Shown here one piece after another: positions 6,421 to 11,574 of a stretch of 11,574 nucleotides of DNA (its first letter is position 1; every line of letters starts with the position of its first letter). The notes beneath the pieces are model-generated. The model saw only the letters and a list, made by a program, of their open reading frames with translations, ran no database searches and was not told the DNA's origin. The stretch is from assembly GCF_003334315.1 (NCBI RefSeq), contig NZ_QOWR01000085.1; one strand, 5' to 3'. Source of the stretch: Escherichia coli. GTDB lineage: Bacteria; Pseudomonadota; Gammaproteobacteria; Enterobacterales; Enterobacteriaceae. Position numbers and translations under genes: made by a program.

Positions 6421-7212
6421 ATGAGCGAGAAATTAAAGATAGTCTATCGCCCATTACAAGAATTGTCACCGTATGCGCACAACGCCAGGACGCACAGCCC
6501 TGAGCAGGTGGCACAACTGGTAGAAAGTATTAAGCAATTCGGCTGGACTAATCCGGTGCTGATTGACGAAAAGGGCGAAATTATTGCGGGTCACGGTCGT
6601 GTTATGGCGGCTGAAATGCTCAAAATGGATTCTGTTCCGGTCATTGTTCTGTCTGGCCTGACGGATGAGCAGAAAAAGGCGTACCGCCTGGCAGATAATC
6701 GCCTGCCGATGAATGCTGGCTGGGATGAAGATCTGTTGCGGATGGAGCTGTCGGACCTAATCAATGCTGATTTTGATGTCTCCCTGACAGGCTTCATCCC
6801 GACAGAAATTGATGAACTGTTGACGGATGTTTTGCCCGGTACAGGAAATGAGGAGGAGCCGTATACGACGAAAATTGATACGCCTGTTTATGAGCCGTCG
6901 GGCGGTAAACCGGATATCAGTGAACTGTACGACGATACGAAAACTCAGGAGCTGATCAGCCGGATACGTTCGGCGTCCCTTGAGCCTGATATTGAGAAAT
7001 TCCTCCTGTGTGCGGCAGAACGTCACACGGTGTTTAATTTCAGCAGAATTGCGGACTATTACGCTCACGCCCCCTCTGAAATTCAGTGTTTTTTCGAGGA
7101 GTCGGCGCTGGTGATCATTGATTATCAGCAGGCTATTGAAAATGGATTTGTCCGGATGACGCAGCGCATGGTGGAGATCATGCATGGTGGTGAGGAGGAG
7201 GAATATGCGTGA
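6421..7212 (+). CDS. ParB N-terminal (ParB/Srx-like) domain protein with an uncharacterised acidic C-terminal domain
   Basis: 263 aa. The N-terminal ~95 aa (YRPLQELSPYAHNARTHSPEQVAQLVESIKQFGWTNPVLIDEKGEIIAGHGRVMAA) shows the ParB-N fold pattern, with a GHGR box where ParB has GERR. The linker GWDEDLL...DFDVSLTGF..EIDELL is as I recall it from phage and plasmid ParB-methyltransferase fusions, but no SAM-methyltransferase motifs follow. It is probably the full-length form of K-12 Rac ynaK (from memory). Confidence 0.75.
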   Translation: MSEKLKIVYRPLQELSPYAHNARTHSPEQVAQLVESIKQFGWTNPVLIDEKGEIIAGHGRVMAAEMLKMDSVPVIVLSGLTDEQKKAYRLADNRLPMNAGWDEDLLRMELSDLINADFDVSLTGFIPTEIDELLTDVLPGTGNEEEPYTTKIDTPVYEPSGGKPDISELYDDTKTQELISRIRSASLEPDIEKFLLCAAERHTVFNFSRIADYYAHAPSEIQCFFEESALVIIDYQQAIENGFVRMTQRMVEIMHGGEEEEYA

Positions 7213-8137
7213 TGATTTTTGCGCCTTTATTCTGACTCACGGGCGACCGGACAAAGTTCTGACTTACCGGACGTTGCGTCGTGCTGGCTATACCGGGAAA
7301 ATTTTTATCGTTGTTGATGATGAAGATAAGACACGGAATCAGTACATGGCTGAATTTGGTGAACAGGTGCTGGTGTTTTCCAAAGCCGATATCGCCAGTC
7401 GTTTTGACGAAGCCGATAATTTCTGTGACCGCCGCTCAATTTTTTACGCCCGTAATGCCTGTTTCGACCTGGCAAAACTGGTCGGGTGTAAATACTTCAT
7501 TCAGCTCGATGATGATTATCACGAGTTCCAGTTTCGGGTGGATCGCAACTATGACCAGGCCTATTTTCCGATAAGGAAACTGGATGCGATCCTTTCTGAA
7601 ATGCTGGCGTACTACGAATCAATACCTGCTCTTTCCATCGCTATGTCGCAGGGCGGGGATTTTCTTGGTGACAATGGCGGCCATGCTTCGTGGGTGAAAC
7701 GCAAGGCAATGAACAGCTTTATCTGTTCGGTTGATCGACCGTTCTCATTCATGGGGCGCATTAACGAGGATGTGAATACGTACACGAATCTCGGTCGCTG
7801 TGGTGAATTGTTTATGACGATCGGTGCTGTCCAGTTAGGGCAGAAACAGACGCAGAAAAACAGCGGCGGAATGACCGAGCTGTATCTGGATTCCGGAACC
7901 TACGTTAAAAGTTTTTACTCCGTCATGTATGCGCCGTCGTGCGTAAAAATCTCACTGATGGGTGCCAGCCATAAACGCATTCACCATCAGGTCACCTGGA
8001 ACAACGCTGCAGTAAAAATCCTTCACGAAAAATACAGGAAGAAGACACCCTGCATATCAATGGGGGTGACAAATGATTCCGTATTCGAAAGTCGAGTCTC
8101 TGGCAGCGTGCCGGATGACTGCACAACAAATCGCTGA
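7205..8137 (+). CDS. GT-A fold (GT2-like) glycosyltransferase-like protein, soluble
   Basis: The start is taken at the ATG at 7205 (RBS GAGGAGGAGGAAT), which overlaps the ParB-like stop (ATGCGTGA). Motifs occur in GT-A order: FILTHGRPD, IFIVVDDED, ARNACFDLAKLVGCKYFIQLDDDY (DxD) and NEDVNTY. No TM segment is present. The last ~20 codons overlap the next ORF. Confidence 0.6.
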   Translation: MRDDFCAFILTHGRPDKVLTYRTLRRAGYTGKIFIVVDDEDKTRNQYMAEFGEQVLVFSKADIASRFDEADNFCDRRSIFYARNACFDLAKLVGCKYFIQLDDDYHEFQFRVDRNYDQAYFPIRKLDAILSEMLAYYESIPALSIAMSQGGDFLGDNGGHASWVKRKAMNSFICSVDRPFSFMGRINEDVNTYTNLGRCGELFMTIGAVQLGQKQTQKNSGGMTELYLDSGTYVKSFYSVMYAPSCVKISLMGASHKRIHHQVTWNNAAVKILHEKYRKKTPCISMGVTNDSVFESRVSGSVPDDCTTNR

Positions 8138-8324
8138 CGTTCTGGATGTTGATCTGAACCGACTGAAAGAAAATCGGGAAGCAATGACAGATTTTTATGC
8201 GGCCATCCGTAAGGGCAGAGCGAAAGGTGAAGCCGAGTTACGAGCGGCATTGTTTAAGCTTGCCAGAAAAGGGGATGCCTTTGCTCTGCGCGAACTACTC
8301 AGGGTGGATAAAAATCAGGACTAA
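8073..8324 (+). CDS. Small helix-turn-helix protein, possibly packaging-associated (TerS N-domain-like)
   Basis: 83-aa ORF with RBS GGGGGTG. It has an HTH-like segment (MTAQQIADVLDVDLNRLK) followed by AIRKGRAKGEAELRAALFKLARKGD, a pattern I associate with small phage DNA-binding and terminase-accessory proteins. The start is uncertain; an alternative ATG lies at 8115. Confidence 0.5.
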   Translation: MIPYSKVESLAACRMTAQQIADVLDVDLNRLKENREAMTDFYAAIRKGRAKGEAELRAALFKLARKGDAFALRELLRVDKNQD

Positions 8325-8327
8325 CTG

Positions 8328-9422
8328 ATGAGCAGACCGGACTGGGGGGCGTTGCAGCAGGAGTATATTGCTGAATACACCCGCTCCGGTATATCTCCGG
8401 TGGCATGGTGTGAAGCAAGGGGACTGAATTACGCAACAGCCCGTCGTTACATCAAAAAAACTCCGAAAAATGCGCAGACAGAAATGTGCAAAACTGCGCA
8501 AAAAAGTGCGCAGAAAAAATCTGCGCAGACTGCACAAAAGCGGAACGAAAAATCTCAGGAAAAAAAGCCAGTATTCGATGCGGGCCTGAATGAGGGCGAC
8601 GCGGAGGAATTTTCGTTCTGTCCCGATGAATTCGGCATTTCTGACCAGCAGGCTAAGTTTGCGATGCTTGTTGCTCAGGGTAAAAAGCCGACAGAGGCGT
8701 ACCGACTAGCCGGTTATGAGGGGCAAGGTGCGACAGCTAACAGCAACGCCAGTCGTATGCTTAGAAATGCCAGGGTTTTTCGCGCTATCAGCTACTTCCG
8801 CAATCAGTACCAGAAACGCTATACCGCAGACCTGGATTTACTAGTGAGTCAGTTGATGGCTATTGTCCTGGCCGACCCCAATCAGCTTGCACAATTTCGC
8901 CGTGTTAACTGCCGTTATTGCTGGGGCGAGAATCATCTCTACCAGTGGCGCGATATAGCAGAATTCGACAAGGCAGCGGCGCAGGCTTCCAGAGATGGCA
9001 AACCCGAACCGGAATATGGAGGCCTCGGCTTTGTTGATAACGCCATACCCAATCCGGACTGCCCGAAGTGCTGCGGTGAGGGAACGGGACAGCTTTATAT
9101 GGCTGATACCACTCTGCTTGATGGGGATGCGCGGCAATTATATGCAGGGGCAAAATTCGGAAAATTCGGCGTTGAGATCCTGCTGGAGGATAAGGCTGCC
9201 GCCCGGCGTGAATTGTTGCGTTTGTTTTCTGCTGGCGGGGCTTTATGTGCAGATAAACGGCTACAGGAACTGGAAATTGAACGGCGCAGAATGGAAAACC
9301 AGAAGCTGCGCAAAGAGATCGAAACGGTGGAAGATAATGAACATCCCCAGCCTGTGGCGATCAATATTAATGTGGTTGATGCCAGAGTAAGGAGTGATGA
9401 AGATGATCTCTCCGACGCTTAA
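8328..9422 (+). CDS. Terminase small subunit (Terminase_2 / P27-like core) with extra N-terminal HTH and a Cys4 insert
   Basis: 364 aa. The core FGISDQQAKFAMLVAQGKKPTEAYRLAGYEG...NASRMLRNARV is the typical TerS HTH region. Upstream lie a second HTH-like segment (GISPVAWCEARGLNYATARRYIKK) and a K/Q/A-rich repeat. CRYC (residues 198-201) and CPKC (residues 246-249) lie 44 aa apart. The gene lies directly upstream of TerL and overlaps it. Confidence 0.75.
   Translation: MSRPDWGALQQEYIAEYTRSGISPVAWCEARGLNYATARRYIKKTPKNAQTEMCKTAQKSAQKKSAQTAQKRNEKSQEKKPVFDAGLNEGDAEEFSFCPDEFGISDQQAKFAMLVAQGKKPTEAYRLAGYEGQGATANSNASRMLRNARVFRAISYFRNQYQKRYTADLDLLVSQLMAIVLADPNQLAQFRRVNCRYCWGENHLYQWRDIAEFDKAAAQASRDGKPEPEYGGLGFVDNAIPNPDCPKCCGEGTGQLYMADTTLLDGDARQLYAGAKFGKFGVEILLEDKAAARRELLRLFSAGGALCADKRLQELEIERRRMENQKLRKEIETVEDNEHPQPVAININVVDARVRSDEDDLSDA
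8471..8536 (+). repeat. Array of six TGCGCA-type palindromic hexamers inside terS
   Basis: TGCGCA occurs at 8471, 8495, 8507 and 8522. One-mismatch copies are TGTGCA at 8485 and TGCACA at 8531. Each is followed by (G/A)A, and spacings are 9-15 bp. Confidence 0.6.
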
Positions 9423-10704
9423 TGTGCCTCAGGCGCGATTTCTTTCAATGCCCCATAAATTTAAAGCCTATATTGCTGGTTTTGGCTCGGGCAAAATATG
9501 GGTTGGGTGTGGCGGCATATGCAAGGGGATTTGGGAGCATCCAGGTATAAATCAGGGATATTTTGCGCCAACGTATCCCCAAATTCGCGATATTTTTTAC
9601 CCTACAGTGGAAGAAGTTGCTGCTGACTGGGGATTGAACGTAAAAATTAATGAGGGAAATAAAGAGGTTCACTTTTATTACGGACGCCAGTATCGGGGAA
9701 CCACTATCTGCAGATCGATGGAGAAGCCACAAACGATCGTCGGTTTCAAAATTGGTAATGCGTTGGTGGATGAACTGGACATTTTGCCGAAGGAAAAAGC
9801 CAGAACGGCGTGGCGCAAGATAATTGCACGTATGCGTTATAAGATTGATGGACTTCGCAACGGTATTGACGTTACAACCACGCCGGAAGGATTCAAATTT
9901 GTCTACGAGCAGTTTGTTAAAGCCGTGCGTGAAAAAACAGAGCTGGCCTCACTGTATGGTCTGGTGCAGGCATCTACTTTCGATAATGAAAAGAACCTGC
10001 CAGCAGATTACATTCCTTCGCTTCTTGAATCATACCCTCCAGAGCTGATTAAAGCCTATCTTCGAGGACAGTTTACTAACCTGACAAGTGGTACTGTTTA
10101 CCATCAGTTTGACCGGAAACTGAATAATTGCGAAGAAGTGGAGCAGCCAGGGGAGCCGATTTATATTGGGATGGATTTTAACGTTGGAAAGATGGCGGGA
10201 ATCGTCCATGTGCTGCGTTTGGGGCTTCCATGTGCGGTAACTGAAATCATCAATGCCTACGATACGCCGGATATGATCCGCATCATTAAAGAACGCTTCT
10301 GGCTGTATGATGGGAATGATTACCGGAAAGTGAGGGAAATTTATATTTATCCAGATGCTTCCGGGGATTCCAGAAAATCAAGTAACGCAAGTACGACGGA
10401 TATAGCCCAGCTTAAGCAGGCTGGTTTTAACGTTGTGGTGAACAGCTCGAACCCGCCAGTAAAAGATCGCGTTAACTCAATGAATGCAATGTTCTGCAAT
10501 GCCAATGGTGAGCGTCGCTATAAAGTTAATGTGAAGCGTTGCCCGTTATATGCCGAATCTCTGGAGCAACAGGTCTGGGATGAGAAGGGGGAGCCTGATA
10601 AAAAATCTGGCAATGATCACCCGAATGATGCCGGAGGTTATTTCATCGTTAAGCAATTCCCTATTGTCAAACCGACCGGAAGAGTCACATCACTTCGGAT
10701 TTAA
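9403..10704 (+). CDS. Terminase large subunit
   Basis: Walker A AGFGSGKI, Walker B ALVDELD, and RNaseH-like nuclease Asp motifs (IGMDFNVG, YPDASGD, NDHPNDAGGY). The start is chosen at the ATG at 9403, 8 nt after AGGAG. ATG 9397 and GTG 9394 are alternatives. The gene overlaps the TerS stop at 9422. Confidence 0.85.
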   Translation: MISPTLNVPQARFLSMPHKFKAYIAGFGSGKIWVGCGGICKGIWEHPGINQGYFAPTYPQIRDIFYPTVEEVAADWGLNVKINEGNKEVHFYYGRQYRGTTICRSMEKPQTIVGFKIGNALVDELDILPKEKARTAWRKIIARMRYKIDGLRNGIDVTTTPEGFKFVYEQFVKAVREKTELASLYGLVQASTFDNEKNLPADYIPSLLESYPPELIKAYLRGQFTNLTSGTVYHQFDRKLNNCEEVEQPGEPIYIGMDFNVGKMAGIVHVLRLGLPCAVTEIINAYDTPDMIRIIKERFWLYDGNDYRKVREIYIYPDASGDSRKSSNASTTDIAQLKQAGFNVVVNSSNPPVKDRVNSMNAMFCNANGERRYKVNVKRCPLYAESLEQQVWDEKGEPDKKSGNDHPNDAGGYFIVKQFPIVKPTGRVTSLRI

Positions 10705-10706
10705 TT

Positions 10707-11126
10707 ATGGCTGATATATCAACACCCAACCTCGACTATAACGATATGCTGGAGGCGTGGGATATTAACGACGCACTGATGGGCGGTACGCTTGAAATGC
10801 GCAGGCAGGGGGAAAATTATCTCCCAAAATGGCCTAACGAAGATGAAGACGCTTATAAAAAACGCCTGTCTGTGGCTACGCTACTTCCTGTGTATGAAGA
10901 AAGCATCAAGCAAAATATTGGGCGCATATTTGCAGAGCCGACAGTATTGAGTGAGGAAACGCCGGCAAAAATCAGGGAATATGCAGAAAATATCGACATG
11001 GAGGGGAGCCGACTGGATGTGTGGGCGCAGCAATTTTTCAGCCTCGCATTTCAGTATGGTGTGGCACATGCGCTGGTGGACTACCCACGAACGGATATGA
11101 AAGAGATTCGTACAAAAGCCGGGTAA
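10707..11126 (+). pseudogene. Portal protein gene (DUF4055-like N-terminus), truncated by IS1 insertion
   Basis: The ORF starts 3 nt after TerL. Its N-terminal pattern (G..YLPKWPNE....Y..RL..A.L...YE.....IGRIF..P) resembles DUF4055-type portals as recalled. Only 139 codons remain, and the stop TAA (11124-11126) lies inside the IS1 terminal repeat GGTAATG. Native sequence ends at 11121. Confidence 0.6.
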
Positions 11127-11574
11127 TGACTCCAACTTATTGATAGTGTTTTATGTTCAGATAATGCCCGATGACTTTGTCATGCAGCTCCACCGATTTT
11201 GAGAACGACAGCGACTTCCGTCCCAGCCGTGCCAGGTGCTGCCTCAGATTCAGGTTATGCCGCTCAATTCGCTGCGTATATCGCTTGCTGATTACGTGCA
11301 GCTTTCCCTTCAGGCGGGATTCATACAGCGGCCAGCCATCCGTCATCCATATCACCACGTCAAAGGGTGACAGCAGGCTCATAAGACGCCCCAGCGTCGC
11401 CATAGTGCGTTCACCGAATACGTGCGCAACAACCGTCTTCCGGAGACTGTCATACGCGTAAAACAGCCAGCGCTGGCGCGATTTAGCCCCGACATAGCCC
11501 CACTGTTCGTCCATTTCCGCGCAGACGATGACGTCACTGCCCGGCTGTATGCGCGAGGTTACCGACTGCGGCCT
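11122..11574 (-). mobile_element. IS1 insertion sequence, partial (continues past the right edge)
   Basis: From 11122 the sequence matches IS1 read from its insB-proximal end (GGTAATGACTCCAACTTATTGATAGTGTTTTATGTTCAGATAATGCCCGATGAC...), as I remember it. The 23-bp terminal inverted repeat is at 11122-11144. The window ends just before the A6C frameshift site. Confidence 0.95.
11137..11574 (-). CDS. insB: IS1 transposase InsB reading frame (C-terminal 145 codons; 5' end outside the window)
   Basis: The reverse-strand translation reads [42 protein letters not shown]...HYLNIKHYQ*, identical to my memory of InsB. The frame stays open to the window edge. Confidence 0.9.
   Translation of the reverse strand, partial: RPQSVTSRIQPGSDVIVCAEMDEQWGYVGAKSRQRWLFYAYDSLRKTVVAHVFGERTMATLGRLMSLLSPFDVVIWMTDGWPLYESRLKGKLHVISKRYTQRIERHNLNLRQHLARLGRKSLSFSKSVELHDKVIGHYLNIKHYQ

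Overview
This window is the late region of a lambdoid (phage 21 / Rac-like) enterobacterial prophage. Every credible gene is on the + strand except a terminal IS1. Order, left to right: end of the nin region (DUF1367-like fragment, DUF1364/YbcO-like protein, antiterminator Q); late promoter region with a strong tR'-type terminator; a ~2.1 kb AT-rich, ORF-poor island carrying two tandem lipoprotein genes; a phage-21-type lysis cassette (dual-start pinholin, SAR endolysin, Rz with embedded Rz1); the low-GC cargo gene trkG; a ParB-N-domain protein translationally coupled to a GT-A glycosyltransferase-like protein; a small HTH protein; small and large terminase; and a portal gene cut by IS1, which runs off the right edge. 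No tRNA, rRNA or CRISPR array was found. The best candidates for undescribed biology are two. (1) The C-terminal halves of the two lipoproteins look like TolA domain III, suggesting a periplasmic Tol-Pal decoy, possibly excluding colicins or filamentous phage. (2) The ParB-like/glycosyltransferase pair sits where related phages carry ParB-methyltransferase fusions, suggesting DNA or virion modification. Secondary items are a TGCGCA hexamer array inside terS (candidate pac), a GC-rich structured element with mutually exclusive helices upstream of the lipoprotein genes, and small promoter/terminator units in the spacer. All homology statements come from memory and hand alignment; no searches were run.
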